Shown: positions 1 through 9,693 of the stretch, piece after piece
How positions within the stretch are numbered: the stretch's first letter is position 1
Layout: the number at the start of each line of letters is the position of its first letter
Origin: Candidatus Epulonipiscium viviparus
GTDB taxonomy: Bacteria > Bacillota > Clostridia > Lachnospirales > Cellulosilyticaceae
Reading direction: 5' to 3'
NCBI RefSeq assembly: GCF_030708075.1
Contig: NZ_CP117982.1
Coordinates: 1,183,228-1,215,227 of the forward strand
Length of the DNA: 32,000 nt
Program-made: the position numbers and the translations under genes
The notes under the pieces: model-generated
What the model was told of the DNA's origin: nothing
Database searches by the model: none
What the model saw: only the letters and a program-made list of their open reading frames with translations

Positions 1-684
1 CTTACGAGGATATTTTTTATTAGTAAATCCAACTTTTTTGATAACTGCTATTTTATGAACGATGTCTGTTGCTGGAATTGGAACATCCACTACTCGTTCT
101 AGTTCTCCTCCCAAAATTTTTATTGCATTAGTAGCCTGAGCCACTTCTTCATCTAATTTTTGTCCTTTTAAGGCAATGAAATAGCCTCCTGTACGCACAA
201 ATGGCAAAGCATATTCGCTCAATGTTGCTAAATTTGAAACTGCTCTTGGGCTACAAATATCAAATTTTTCTCTATATTGTACATCTTTAGCGATATCTTC
301 TGCACGCCCATGAACTGTCACAACGTGTTTCAATTTTAAGGTTTCTATCACAGCATCTAAAAATGTTAATCGTTTTTTCAACGAATCTACTAATACAATA
401 TTAAGATGAGGATAGGCTATTTTTAACACTAGCCCTGGAAATCCTGCTCCTGTACCTACATCTACTAAATTTTTATATTTTAATAAATCTACTGCCATAT
501 TTACAGACAACGAATCTAAAAAATGCTTTGTAATGATTTCATCCTCTTTAGTTATTGCAGTCAAATTTAGCTTTTGATTCCACTCCAATAGCAAATCTTT
601 ATATTGCAGCAATTGTTGTATCTGCAGCTCTTGCAATTCCACTCCCAATTCCGCTGACTTCTCTTTAAGAAACTGATGCATCAT
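1..684 (-). CDS. rsmG: 16S rRNA (guanine527-N7)-methyltransferase RsmG/GidB; the 3' end runs off the window
   Basis: My translation of the minus strand gives [21 protein letters not shown]...[20 protein letters not shown]...[12 protein letters not shown]...KKYPRK. It has the SAM-binding GxGxGxPG motif and sits in the conserved mnmG-rsmG position. ATG is at 684 (or 681) with GAGAGGG upstream. It overlaps the mnmG 3' end by 20 nt. No stop is seen before position 1. Confidence 0.85.
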   Translation of the reverse strand, partial: MMHQFLKEKSAELGVELQELQIQQLLQYKDLLLEWNQKLNLTAITKEDEIITKHFLDSLSVNMAVDLLKYKNLVDVGTGAGFPGLVLKIAYPHLNIVLVDSLKKRLTFLDAVIETLKLKHVVTVHGRAEDIAKDVQYREKFDICSPRAVSNLATLSEYALPFVRTGGYFIALKGQKLDEEVAQATNAIKILGGELERVVDVPIPATDIVHKIAVIKKVGFTNKKYPRK

Positions 685-2581
685 TTGCCCTCTCAGTTCT
701 CTTTAACTGCTCCATATATACCAGCATCACACTTATATCTGCCGGAGATACACCAGAAATTCTACTTGCAGCTCCTATAGACTTAGGTTTAATCTCTAGT
801 AATTTTTGCCTAGCCTCAATTCTCAAACTCTTAATGTCTTCATATTTTAAATTTTCTGGAATTAATTTTTTCTCCAATTTTTTGAATTGATCTACCTGTA
901 TCAATTGCCGTTTAATATAACCTTCATACTTAAGCGTTATTTCGATTTGCTCTATAATTTCGTCAGATAACTCTGGTCCATCCAAATTTACTGCCGCAAA
1001 ATCTTTATAATCAAGCTCGGGGCGCTTTAATAATTCATGCAAGGACATTCCACTAGTCAGTGGCGTACTGCCTTTTGCCATCAAAATACTTTGAACTGTT
1101 GCAGTTGTCCCTACAAATACCTTCTTAATGCGTTCAATTTCAGCTTCTATTACCTCTTGCTTATCCAAAAATTTTGCGTATATATCATCTGGTACCAACC
1201 CTATATCATGCCCTTTTGTCATAAGTCTAATATCAGCATTGTCTTGTCTCAAAAGCAATCTGTACTCCGCGCGAGAAGTTAGCATTCTGTATGGTTCATT
1301 AGTTCCTTTTATAACCAAATCATCAATTAAAACGCCAATATAGCCTTCTGCTCTATCAATAATTAACGGCTCTTTTGCATCAATTTTTAATGCTGCATTA
1401 ATTCCTGCAACTAATCCCTGTGCAGCAGCTTCTTCATACCCAGAGCTTCCATTAATTTGCCCTGCAAAAAACAACCCCGATATAACTTTATTTTCCAACG
1501 AATGCAATAGCGACGTAGGATTAATGCAATCATATTCAATAGCATATCCTCCACGAATCACTTCCACATTCTCCAATCCTCTCACGGAACGCAACATCTG
1601 AATTTGCACTTCCTCTGGCAAAGATGAGCTCATTCCCTGAACATACATTTCGTTGGTCTCCACACCCTCAGGCTCAATAAATATCTGATGTCGAGATTTA
1701 TCTGCAAATCTAACAACCTTATCTTCAATCGAAGGGCAATATCTAGGACCCACTCCTTCTATCTTACCTCCATATAACGGAGAGCGATCCAAGTTATCTC
1801 TAATAATTTGATGCGTCTGCTCGTTTGTATAAGTCAAAAAGCATTGTATCTGATTTTTTTTAATACTAGCTGCAGAATTAGAAAACGAAAATGGTACAAC
1901 TTTGCTATCACCCAATTGCGCTTCCATTGCAGTAAAATCTATAGTTCTCTTATCAACTCTAGCGGGTGTACCAGTTTTAAACCTTCTAAGAGTAATTCCA
2001 TTATCCAATAATGAATTTGATAAAACTTGTGAACTTTTTAAACCATCAGGGCCTGCATTTTCTGCAAACTCACCAATGAAAATTTTCGACTTCAAGTATG
2101 TTCCAGTACAAACAACGACTGCTTTTGCATAATAAATTGCACCAGTAATCGTCCGTACCCCCATAACTCTCGCATTTTCTATAAGAATATCTGATACTTC
2201 TTGCTGTTTTATCGTCAAATTCGTTTCGGCATCCAAAACCTTCAACATTGCTTTATGATATTCTACTTTATCAGCTTGAGCTCTAAGTGAATGAACAGCT
2301 GGTCCTTTAGAAGTGTTCAACATTTTAGACTGAATATAGGTTTTATCAATATTTTTACCCATTTCTCCGCCTAACGCATCAATTTCTTTGACTAGGTGTC
2401 CTTTTGATGTTCCGCCAATATTAGGATTGCACGGCATCTTTGCAATTGCTTCAATATTCAAACAAAATATAACAGTTTTTTTGCCAAGGCGAGCCAAACT
2501 TAGTGCAGCTTCACACCCCGCATGACCACCTCCAATAACGATGGCATCCACATAATTTGCGATATAATCCATTTTTTTCAC
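665..2581 (-). CDS. mnmG: tRNA uridine 5-carboxymethylaminomethyl modification enzyme MnmG (GidA)
   Basis: A 638 aa ORF with the N-terminal FAD motif [12 protein letters not shown] and GidA-typical length and context. The track start at 2581 is GTG; an ATG (MDYIANY...) at 2572 is an alternative start. Confidence 0.93.
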   Translation of the reverse strand: MKKMDYIANYVDAIVIGGGHAGCEAALSLARLGKKTVIFCLNIEAIAKMPCNPNIGGTSKGHLVKEIDALGGEMGKNIDKTYIQSKMLNTSKGPAVHSLRAQADKVEYHKAMLKVLDAETNLTIKQQEVSDILIENARVMGVRTITGAIYYAKAVVVCTGTYLKSKIFIGEFAENAGPDGLKSSQVLSNSLLDNGITLRRFKTGTPARVDKRTIDFTAMEAQLGDSKVVPFSFSNSAASIKKNQIQCFLTYTNEQTHQIIRDNLDRSPLYGGKIEGVGPRYCPSIEDKVVRFADKSRHQIFIEPEGVETNEMYVQGMSSSLPEEVQIQMLRSVRGLENVEVIRGGYAIEYDCINPTSLLHSLENKVISGLFFAGQINGSSGYEEAAAQGLVAGINAALKIDAKEPLIIDRAEGYIGVLIDDLVIKGTNEPYRMLTSRAEYRLLLRQDNADIRLMTKGHDIGLVPDDIYAKFLDKQEVIEAEIERIKKVFVGTTATVQSILMAKGSTPLTSGMSLHELLKRPELDYKDFAAVNLDGPELSDEIIEQIEITLKYEGYIKRQLIQVDQFKKLEKKLIPENLKYEDIKSLRIEARQKLLEIKPKSIGAASRISGVSPADISVMLVYMEQLKRTERANDASVS

Positions 2582-2605
2582 TTCTTTCTAAACAATATAA
2601 ATAGA

Positions 2606-3937
2606 TTATTTCCCAAGACAGAACCTTTCAAACAACCCATTAATAATTTCTTCTTTAACTTCCTCTCCAATAATCATTCCTAAATGAGAATAAGCATCTT
2701 GTAAATCAATTGCTAAAAAATCTACTGAAAATCCAGCGTTAATAGCATCTTCAACTTTTTCAAGAGCTTCTATTGCGCATGATAAAGCAGTTTTTTGCCT
2801 TATATTAGAAATCACTGCCGTCCCCATTGTTAAATTTTGTACTACAGCCGCTTTCATTGCAGCTTTTAGTTCATCTATCCCTTCACCAGTTGTTGCAGAA
2901 ATAAATATCTTATCATCATCACTATACTTATCTACACAATCAATTTTATTAACAACAAATAGTGTATTTCGATTTTTTAACATAGTCATAAGATCTACTT
3001 CTTCGATCGAAATTTTTTCTGTTGCATCTAACAACATAATAACTAAATCTGATTTTTCTATTGCCTCCTTTGATCTTTCTACGCCAATACGTTCTACAGC
3101 ATCTGCAGTATCTCTGATACCTGCTGTATCCTGCAAAATAAACGGTACTCCTTCCACACTAAAATGTTCTGAGACTATATCTCTTGTAGTTCCAGCTATA
3201 TTAGTTACAATTGCTTTATCTTCTTCTAGCAAAGCATTCAGTAGTGAGGATTTACCTACATTAGGTCTTCCTACAATAGTAACTACAGCCCCTTCTCGAA
3301 TAATTTTACCAGTTGCGGCTGTCTCTAATATTGCCTTCAAATCTGCAATCAACCTAGTGATATCCTCTTCAAATCCATCCGATATCAACTCCGCTTCATC
3401 ATATTCTGGATAATCAATCGAAACTTCAATTCTTGCAATAATTTCTAACAATATATTTTGATATTTTTTTATATTTTTAGACAAATTACCCATAAGTTGA
3501 CTAGTTGCTTGTGCTAAACTTAAATTTGTTTTGGCAGAAATTATATCCATAATTGCCTCTACTTGAGATAAATCTATTCTTCCATTTAGGAATGCTCTTT
3601 TGGTGAACTCGCCTGCTGTCGCAAGACGGGCTCCATTCACCAATAACAATTCCAATACTCTATTTAAAACAACATATCCACCATGGCAATTAACTTCTAC
3701 AATATCTTCGCGTGTAAAAGTTTTTGGTGCTTTCATTAACATAACCAAAACTTCATCAATGATAAGCCCGTCACTTACTATATAACCATAATGAATCGTG
3801 TGACTTTTTTTATTATTTAAATTTTTAGTAAAAATTTTGTTAACAATGCTAATAGCAGAACTGCCACTAACTCTTATAACTCCAATTCCACCCTGACCAA
3901 CAGGAGTAGAGATTGCAGCTATTGTATCAAAAAACAT
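2606..3937 (-). CDS. mnmE: tRNA modification GTPase MnmE (TrmE)
   Basis: A 443 aa ORF with G1 GRPNVGKSS, G3 DTAGIR, G4 NKID and the terminal C-x-G-K (FCLGK) motif typical of MnmE. Confidence 0.93.
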   Translation of the reverse strand: MFFDTIAAISTPVGQGGIGVIRVSGSSAISIVNKIFTKNLNNKKSHTIHYGYIVSDGLIIDEVLVMLMKAPKTFTREDIVEVNCHGGYVVLNRVLELLLVNGARLATAGEFTKRAFLNGRIDLSQVEAIMDIISAKTNLSLAQATSQLMGNLSKNIKKYQNILLEIIARIEVSIDYPEYDEAELISDGFEEDITRLIADLKAILETAATGKIIREGAVVTIVGRPNVGKSSLLNALLEEDKAIVTNIAGTTRDIVSEHFSVEGVPFILQDTAGIRDTADAVERIGVERSKEAIEKSDLVIMLLDATEKISIEEVDLMTMLKNRNTLFVVNKIDCVDKYSDDDKIFISATTGEGIDELKAAMKAAVVQNLTMGTAVISNIRQKTALSCAIEALEKVEDAINAGFSVDFLAIDLQDAYSHLGMIIGEEVKEEIINGLFERFCLGK

Positions 3938-3946
3938 ATAAATCTC

Positions 3947-5170
3947 CTACTTTTTCTTTCCAGGCTGACTTCTTTCTTTTCGCTCTTTAGGAGCTGCTGG
4001 TTTTTCTGGTTTTTCTATTTTTGTTTTTACTCCTTCTTCAGCGATTTCTGCTTTTTTAGCAGTTGATTTTTCTTGTATCGCTTTTGTTGACGACTTTTTT
4101 TGACCCTGATTTGGTTTTTTCTTTTTATTACTTCTCTTCGCAGCTAAAGCAGCTCGCTCGGCCTTTCTTTCAGCCTCTAACCGCGCTTCCAACTCTGCCT
4201 CTTCTTTTTTAACAATCTTTGCAACAAAAACCTGTTGTCCCATCATGATCAAATTACCAGCAATCCAATAAAGAGCCAAACCATAAGGTACAGTATATGA
4301 GATAGAACCCATCATAATAGGCATAATGATATTCATAGTTTTCATCATACCTTCAGCTTGATTTGGTTGCCCATTCGCATTTTTATTTGCAGCTGGTTGA
4401 GATTGAGACATAGAAATCTTTGAGAAAATAAACGTTGATGCACCAGCAAGTAAAGGAATAATAAATGCAAAATAATTTCCTGATGCTACAATTTGACTAG
4501 GTGAATCCACAAGGTTAAAAATAAAATATTCATAATCTATTTTTTGATTTATCAACGCCGCTATTGTATCATTAAGTTCTGGTATTTTTTCGAGTAATAC
4601 ATTCCAATGCTGAGTCGTAAAATTAGCAATGGTATCACCTAAATTTGCAGCGCCCTCCATTTTATCTAGTTCTAACTGAGCCGTTGCACTTAAGGGAAGT
4701 TGTTGGATAACTTCTGCAATAACCGTAGCTGAATTGTTAATTGTACTTTCAATTGCTGCAGCAAGTTGTTGATATAATTCATACAGCTTGGTAATGTGCT
4801 TACTTGGAGCTCTAAGTACAGCATACAATGCATAAATCAATGGCAATTGAATTAATAAAGGCAAACAACCTGCCCACGGATTTATGTTGTATTTTTTATA
4901 TAAAGCCTGCATTTCTTGAGATTGAGCCAATTGCGACTGTTGATCTTTACGACCGGCATATTTTTGTTGAATCTTTTGCATTTCTGGTTGAATTTTACTC
5001 ATGCCTCTTGTAGTTCTTTGTTGTTTAATTTGTAGAGGAGTAAGTAGTAACCTAGTAAAAAACGTAAATAAAATAATAGCAATACCAAGAGTCCCCACTG
5101 GCGTTAAGACAGCAACAAAGTTAAAAATTATGTTAAAAATCTCTCCAAAAAAATTACTTATAAAATCCAT
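3947..5170 (-). CDS. yidC: Membrane protein insertase YidC/OxaA family, with a long Lys/Glu-rich C-terminal tail
   Basis: A 407 aa multi-TM protein in the conserved rnpA-yidD-yidC position. It has YidC-like TM segments (PLLIQLPLIYALY, YWIAGNLIMMGQQ) and a basic tail of about 90 aa. Confidence 0.85.
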   Translation of the reverse strand: MDFISNFFGEIFNIIFNFVAVLTPVGTLGIAIILFTFFTRLLLTPLQIKQQRTTRGMSKIQPEMQKIQQKYAGRKDQQSQLAQSQEMQALYKKYNINPWAGCLPLLIQLPLIYALYAVLRAPSKHITKLYELYQQLAAAIESTINNSATVIAEVIQQLPLSATAQLELDKMEGAANLGDTIANFTTQHWNVLLEKIPELNDTIAALINQKIDYEYFIFNLVDSPSQIVASGNYFAFIIPLLAGASTFIFSKISMSQSQPAANKNANGQPNQAEGMMKTMNIIMPIMMGSISYTVPYGLALYWIAGNLIMMGQQVFVAKIVKKEEAELEARLEAERKAERAALAAKRSNKKKKPNQGQKKSSTKAIQEKSTAKKAEIAEEGVKTKIEKPEKPAAPKERKERSQPGKKK

Positions 5171-5179
5171 CGTCTCCTC

Positions 5180-5401
5180 CTATTTCTTTTTCTCTGGTAC
5201 TGGATCAAATCCACCTTTACAAAATGGGTTACATCGTAAGATTCTAAATGTTCCAAGTAATCCTCCCTTAAAAAACCCATGTATTTGTATTGCCTCATAA
5301 GTATAGCTAGAACAAGTAGGATAAAATCTACATCTAGGACCTAAGTGTGGCGAAATACATTTTTGATAAAATCTAATTAAAAATAAAGCAAGTTTTTTCA
5401 T
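5180..5401 (-). CDS. yidD: Membrane protein insertion efficiency factor YidD
   Basis: A 73 aa ORF with the conserved [10 protein letters not shown] and RCNPF motifs. It overlaps the rnpA stop by 4 nt. Confidence 0.9.
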   Translation of the reverse strand: MKKLALFLIRFYQKCISPHLGPRCRFYPTCSSYTYEAIQIHGFFKGGLLGTFRILRCNPFCKGGFDPVPEKKK

Positions 5402-5733
5402 AACAGCCCCTGTCTTTTTAAAAGCTTATAAAGAGAATTTTTAATTTCATAAAAATTTTTAGTTGAAGAGGCCTCTCTTGCAATAATTACAATATCAAAA
5501 CCAACTAAAACTAAATTTTCTTCATTCAGTCTAAAATTTTCTCGTATTAAACGAGTTACACGACTTCTTGTTACACTATTACCTACTTTTTTACTAACTG
5601 AAATACCAAGCCTATTACATTGCACATTGTTTTTAAATTTATATAATACAAGTTCTTTGTTAGCATAAGATTTTCCCTTAGCATATACTTTTTTAAACTC
5701 AGTATTTTTTCTTAATTTTTCTGTCGTTTTCAT
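5398..5733 (-). CDS. rnpA: Ribonuclease P protein component
   Basis: A basic protein of about 111 aa ([17 protein letters not shown]...) immediately downstream of rpmH. I moved the start to the ATG at 5733, which is preceded by AGGAG. The track ORF start at 5763 lies inside a hairpin. Confidence 0.88.
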   Translation of the reverse strand: MKTTEKLRKNTEFKKVYAKGKSYANKELVLYKFKNNVQCNRLGISVSKKVGNSVTRSRVTRLIRENFRLNEENLVLVGFDIVIIAREASSTKNFYEIKNSLYKLLKRQGLL

Positions 5734-5776
5734 TGTGCTCCTATATGAAACAAGACCGCACAAAGCGGTCTCATTT

Positions 5777-5911
5777 TTACGCTGATAATTTTTTTCTACC
5801 TTTTGCTCTTCTTCTTGCTAATACAGCACGTCCCGACGTAGTTCTCATTCTTTTTCTAAAACCATGTTCTCTACTACGTTGACGTTTTTTAGGTTGAAAT
5901 GTCATTTTCAT
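5777..5911 (-). CDS. rpmH: 50S ribosomal protein L34
   Basis: This gene is not in the ORF track because it is under 60 aa. My translation is [44 protein letters not shown], which is canonical L34. It is followed by the hairpin GACCGC-TTTGT-GCGGTC. Confidence 0.92.
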   Translation of the reverse strand: MKMTFQPKKRQRSREHGFRKRMRTTSGRAVLARRRAKGRKKLSA

Positions 5912-6275
5912 ATAAAAATTTAAGGCAACCGCCCTAGATTATTGTTTCTAGGAAGATCTACCTTTTCCTCCTTTCACAAATCAATCAATATGCAAAAAAT
6001 AATACACACTCATTGAGTATAAGCAATACATTTCAATAAGTCAAGTATATTTTCTCAAAAAATCTTTTATGTAAACAGAAATTTTGCCATAAAATGTCAA
6101 ATCATTTTATATTTTGCAAATATTTTATTAAAACTAGTAAATATTTTTTATAAAACATTTTAATTTTATCAGTTCTGCCAATCAATAAATTTGTTTAAAC
6201 AATCCACAAATTGGCAATACTTTTATACGTTAGTGAATAACTTTATAATAGTAAATTTTAGAAAGGAGGAACCAA

Positions 6276-7613
6276 TTGAGTTTTAATGAAAAATGGAACT
6301 CGATACTTAAATTAGTAGAAATAGAAACATCATCTGTAAGCTTTAATACCTGGTTTAAACAAACAAAGTTATCTAATATTTCTGACGATACATTAACAAT
6401 AACCGTAAAAGATGATTTATCCAAAAGTATACTAAGCACCAGATATTTTGATCTTATTCGAACAAGTGCTGTAACTGTTTTAGATAAAAAATATAATCTT
6501 GAATTTATTATAAAAGAATCCAATCCACTATCAATAACTAAAATTGCCACCAATCGCATCGCTATCCAAGATCCACTTAATGCACCCTCTAATTTAAATC
6601 CAAAATATACCTTTAACTCATTTGTAGTTGGAAATAGTAATAGAATGGCTCATGCAGCAACAATGGCTGTTGCAAAAATGCCTGCTAAATCTTATAATCC
6701 ATTATTTCTCTATGGAGGGGTTGGACTGGGTAAAACACATCTTATGCAATCAATAGCACACTTTACACTTAAGCATCATCCAAACTTAAAAGTACTATAT
6801 ACTTCTACAGAAAAATTTACTAATGAATTAATAAATTCAATTCGCGATGACCAAAATAATGCCTTCAGAAATAAATATAGAAATATAGATATATTACTAA
6901 TAGATGATATTCAATTTATCGCCGGAAAAGAAAGAACACAAGAAGAATTTTTCCATACATTTAACACTCTTTATGAAGCCAATAAGCAAATTATCATATC
7001 TAGTGATCGTACACCAAAAGAAATAGAGTTTTTAGAATCTAGACTTCGCTCTAGATTTGAATGGGGATTAATAGCCGATTTACAACCCCCAGATTTAGAA
7101 ACTCGCATAGCAATACTAAAAAAAAAAGCAGAAATGGAAAATATCACAATTGATTCGAATGTATTGCAATTTATAGCGGAAACCATTATTTCTAATATAA
7201 GAGAACTAGAAGGAGCTCTAAATCGAATTATAGCATTTTCATCATTGTCAAACGAAACTATAAATTTAGAACTTACTGAAGAAGCCTTAAAAGATACTAT
7301 ATTATCAAAAGAATCTATTTCCATAATCACTCCTTCCTATATTCAAAGTATTGTAGCCATGACCTATAATATTACTATTTCTGAACTTTTATCAAGTAAA
7401 CGAGTAAGAACTATATCACGACCAAGGCAAATAGCAATGTATCTATGTAGAAAATTAACCAATTTGTCCCTCACAAAAATCGCTGAACAATTTGGAGGTA
7501 GAGATCACACCACCATTTTACATGGTTATGATAAAATAGCCAAAGAACTAGTTGAAGATGAACAACTCGCTTACTCCATCACCCAACTTGAACTCAAAAT
7601 TCTTCATTCATAA
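6276..7613 (+). CDS. dnaA: Chromosomal replication initiator protein DnaA
   Basis: A 445 aa ORF with Walker A GGVGLGKTHL, Walker B LLIDDIQF and a C-terminal DnaA-box binding domain (RPRQIAMYLCRKLT...GGRDHTTILHG). The start is TTG, preceded by AGGAGGA. Confidence 0.95.
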   Translation: MSFNEKWNSILKLVEIETSSVSFNTWFKQTKLSNISDDTLTITVKDDLSKSILSTRYFDLIRTSAVTVLDKKYNLEFIIKESNPLSITKIATNRIAIQDPLNAPSNLNPKYTFNSFVVGNSNRMAHAATMAVAKMPAKSYNPLFLYGGVGLGKTHLMQSIAHFTLKHHPNLKVLYTSTEKFTNELINSIRDDQNNAFRNKYRNIDILLIDDIQFIAGKERTQEEFFHTFNTLYEANKQIIISSDRTPKEIEFLESRLRSRFEWGLIADLQPPDLETRIAILKKKAEMENITIDSNVLQFIAETIISNIRELEGALNRIIAFSSLSNETINLELTEEALKDTILSKESISIITPSYIQSIVAMTYNITISELLSSKRVRTISRPRQIAMYLCRKLTNLSLTKIAEQFGGRDHTTILHGYDKIAKELVEDEQLAYSITQLELKILHS

Positions 7614-7690
7614 AAAAGTTATCCACAGGCATAAAAAAGTTATCCACCAGATAAAGTGAATTTTCTTTCAAAATTGCCTTAAAAACCCCT

Positions 7691-7804
7691 AAATTGTACC
7701 CATACAAAAAAGTTATCCACAGGTTTTTTAAAGTTATCCACAAAGTTATCCACAGGCTAGATTGTTGCTTATCAAGGGCTAGACATAGTTATCCACAGAT
7801 TTCG
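7691..7804 (+). repeat. Copy 1 of the duplicated DnaA-box module within oriC
   Basis: The sequence aaattgtacccatacaaaaaagttatccacagg...ctagacatagttatccacagatttcg recurs nearly identically at 8054..8178. Confidence 0.85.
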
Positions 7805-8053
7805 AAAGTTATCCACAGGCTGATTAATGATGTCATTTCATCACATAAACTCAATATTGTATGATTTTTCTTCAAAATTTCAAATTTATTTTCGTGTATT
7901 TTAACTATCAAAAAATTATTTTAAAATTTTCATTATATAATAATTTACCAAGAAATTGTCTTTTTTCGCATTCAAAATTGATAAATAGTGCACATATTTT
8001 TTTGAAAAAAAGTTATCCACAGGCATTTTGTATCTTATCCACAGGTAAGGCAA

Positions 8054-8178
8054 AAATTGTACCCATACAAAAAAGTTATCCACAGGTTTTTAAAGTTATC
8101 CACAAGTTATCCACAGAGTTATCCACAGGCTAGATCGTTGACTATCAAGGGCTAGACATAGTTATCCACAGATTTTCG
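8054..8178 (+). repeat. Copy 2 of the duplicated DnaA-box module within oriC, carrying one extra box
   Basis: It aligns by eye to 7691..7804, with an extra gttatccaca unit and a few substitutions. Confidence 0.85.
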
Positions 8179-8240
8179 CTTCCCCTATTACTACTAGTCA
8201 ATAATATATATATAAAAAGGGAAAAAAATTCAGTTAGAAA
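8177..8240 (+). promoter_or_regulatory. Candidate unwinding element: GC cluster, DnaA-trio-like triplets and an AT-rich tract
   Basis: Directly after the box at 8162..8170 comes cgcttcccc (8177..8185). This is followed by tat tac tac tag tca ata ata (8186..8206) and then tatatatataaaaagggaaaaaaatt. The layout resembles the Bacillus-type box / GC-cluster / trio / AT-rich arrangement. Confidence 0.4.
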
Positions 8241-8334
8241 AAGTTATCCACAAAACGATGAAAAAACGATGCAAAAACGATGCAAAAAAATTTATAATCC
8301 GAAAATTTATAACCGAAAGGAAATTAATAACAAA

Positions 8335-9441
8335 ATGAAATTTATATGCAATCAAAATATTTTAGCACAAGCTATAAATATAGTTATCAAAGCCTGCGCC
8401 ACAAGGAGTACAAACCCTTTACTAGAATGTATCTTAATTACCGCTACAAACACGACGCTAACGTTAATGGGCAACAATTTAGAAATGGGCATAGAAAAAA
8501 CAATCGAGGGTGAAATTTTAGAAAATGGAAAAATAGCTATTGACGCAAAACTATTTTCTGAGATAATAAAGAAAATGCCACAAGGTGACATAAAAATGGC
8601 AACTATCAATGAAACTCAAATCACTATTACAAGTGGGAAATCTAGATTTACTTTACAAACTCTCGATACAAGTCATTTTCCAACTTTACCAGACGTATCT
8701 CTTAAGCAAAGTCTTACAATTAGTCAATTAGAATTAAAAAACTTAATAAAGCAAACCATTTTTTCTGTTGCTCAAGAAGAAAGTAGGCCTACACTAACCG
8801 GAGAAAAATTTGAAGTCGAAAATGGGCAACTGAGTTTAGTAGCTATAGATGGATTTAGGATAGCCTTTAGAACAATTTCTTTAAATAACAAAAATTTAAG
8901 TATTGAAAAAGTTATTCCTGCAAAAACATTAATGGAGATAACAAAAATTTTAAGTAACGAAAATAACGATGAAGTAACAATCTGTTTTGGTGAAAATCAT
9001 ATTTTATTTAATCTAATTGACACTACCATAGTATCTAGGCTACTGGAAGGTGAATTTTTAAGATACAAAGATATCTTCTCAAATGATTTTGAGACTAAGA
9101 TCATAGTTAATCGTAATGAATTCTTGATGAGCATTGAAAGATCTGCACTTATGTCAAAAGAGGGCGGTAAAAACCCAATTAGATTTAATATTACTCAGGA
9201 CACTCTCATAATCACTTCAAATACCGATATAGGAAATTCGTTAGAAGAGATAGACATTATACTAACAGGAATGCCTTTAAAAATTGCTTTTAACCCTCGA
9301 TATCTCATCGATGCATTGAAAAATATTGAAGATGACGAAATATGTATAAACTTTTTATCTAAAACAGCTCCAGCTGTAATTATGCCTATTAACAGTGATA
9401 AATATAGGTATCTAGTATTACCCATTAGAGTTACTGATTAA
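8335..9441 (+). CDS. dnaN: DNA polymerase III beta sliding clamp
   Basis: The sequence MKFICNQNILAQAINIV... gives about 368 aa, the typical DnaN length, in the typical position. I moved the start to the ATG at 8335. The track ORF start at 8269 would extend into oriC. Confidence 0.92.
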   Translation: MKFICNQNILAQAINIVIKACATRSTNPLLECILITATNTTLTLMGNNLEMGIEKTIEGEILENGKIAIDAKLFSEIIKKMPQGDIKMATINETQITITSGKSRFTLQTLDTSHFPTLPDVSLKQSLTISQLELKNLIKQTIFSVAQEESRPTLTGEKFEVENGQLSLVAIDGFRIAFRTISLNNKNLSIEKVIPAKTLMEITKILSNENNDEVTICFGENHILFNLIDTTIVSRLLEGEFLRYKDIFSNDFETKIIVNRNEFLMSIERSALMSKEGGKNPIRFNITQDTLIITSNTDIGNSLEEIDIILTGMPLKIAFNPRYLIDALKNIEDDEICINFLSKTAPAVIMPINSDKYRYLVLPIRVTD

Positions 9442-9479
9442 TCAAATAAACTGATCTTTAAAAGATTGAAGGAGAAATT

Positions 9480-9686
9480 ATGAATACAATAAAAATTACT
9501 ACTGAATTTATAAAATTAGACTCATTATTAAAATTTTCTGGACTTGTCGAAACAGGTGGTATAGCCAAAGCTGTTATTCAAAACGAATTAGTTAAAGTAA
9601 ATAACACTATATGTATCCAACGAGGGAAAAAAATACGAGTGGGTGATATAATTGAATTTGACGGAAAGGTATTAAATATAATTTGA
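9480..9686 (+). CDS. yaaA: S4-domain RNA-binding protein YaaA
   Basis: A 68 aa ORF in the conserved position between dnaN and recF, with an S4-like fold signature (LDSLLKFSGLVETGGIAK...VNN...RGKKIRVGD). GAAGGAG lies upstream. Confidence 0.8.
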   Translation: MNTIKITTEFIKLDSLLKFSGLVETGGIAKAVIQNELVKVNNTICIQRGKKIRVGDIIEFDGKVLNII

Positions 9687-9693
9687 CAAACAT

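Larger units (their letters stand above)
7619..8252 (+). promoter_or_regulatory. oriC DnaA-box cluster in the dnaA-dnaN intergenic region
   Basis: There are 14 perfect TTATCCACA boxes starting at 7619, 7713, 7734, 7746, 7789, 7809, 8013, 8035, 8076, 8096, 8107, 8119, 8162 and 8244. One near-perfect box (TTATCCACC) starts at 7640. All are in the same orientation, and they flank an AT-rich spacer at about 7830..8010. Confidence 0.9.

Noticed and set aside
1037-2132. Plus-strand ORFs of 67-81 aa (1037..1282, 1128..1343, 1808..2011, 1902..2132) inside mnmG.
   Set aside because: They lie antisense to, and entirely within, a confidently identified conserved gene. Their composition is low-complexity with no SD, so they are shadow ORFs typical of AT-rich DNA. 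The same reasoning applies to the other short ORFs antisense to known genes: 3600..3785, 4828..5013, 5001..5300, 6230..6559, 6971..7330, 8352..8609 and 9195..9425. It applies equally to 9822..10010, 11487..11696, 13381..13590, 13401..13583, 16996..17193, 17972..18154 and 18267..18497. It also covers 18546..18878, 19372..19623, 20095..20322, 20536..20856, 27220..27444, 27621..27809, 27806..28075, 28251..28505, 28309..28518, 28950..29255 and 29987..30340.
7861-8133. A 90-aa plus-strand ORF in the dnaA-dnaN intergenic region.
   Set aside because: It spans the AT-rich spacer and the DnaA-box array, so its 'protein' is a translation of repeated TTATCCACA boxes (SYPQ... repeated). It has no SD. The region is oriC.
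8269-8334. N-terminal extensions of track ORFs: dnaN at 8269, rnpA at 5763, the lipid kinase at 16421, the permease at 21359 and operon gene 2 at 27482.
   Set aside because: In each case an internal start has a better SD and matches the conserved N-terminus of the family. The extension also overlaps an upstream gene or regulatory DNA.
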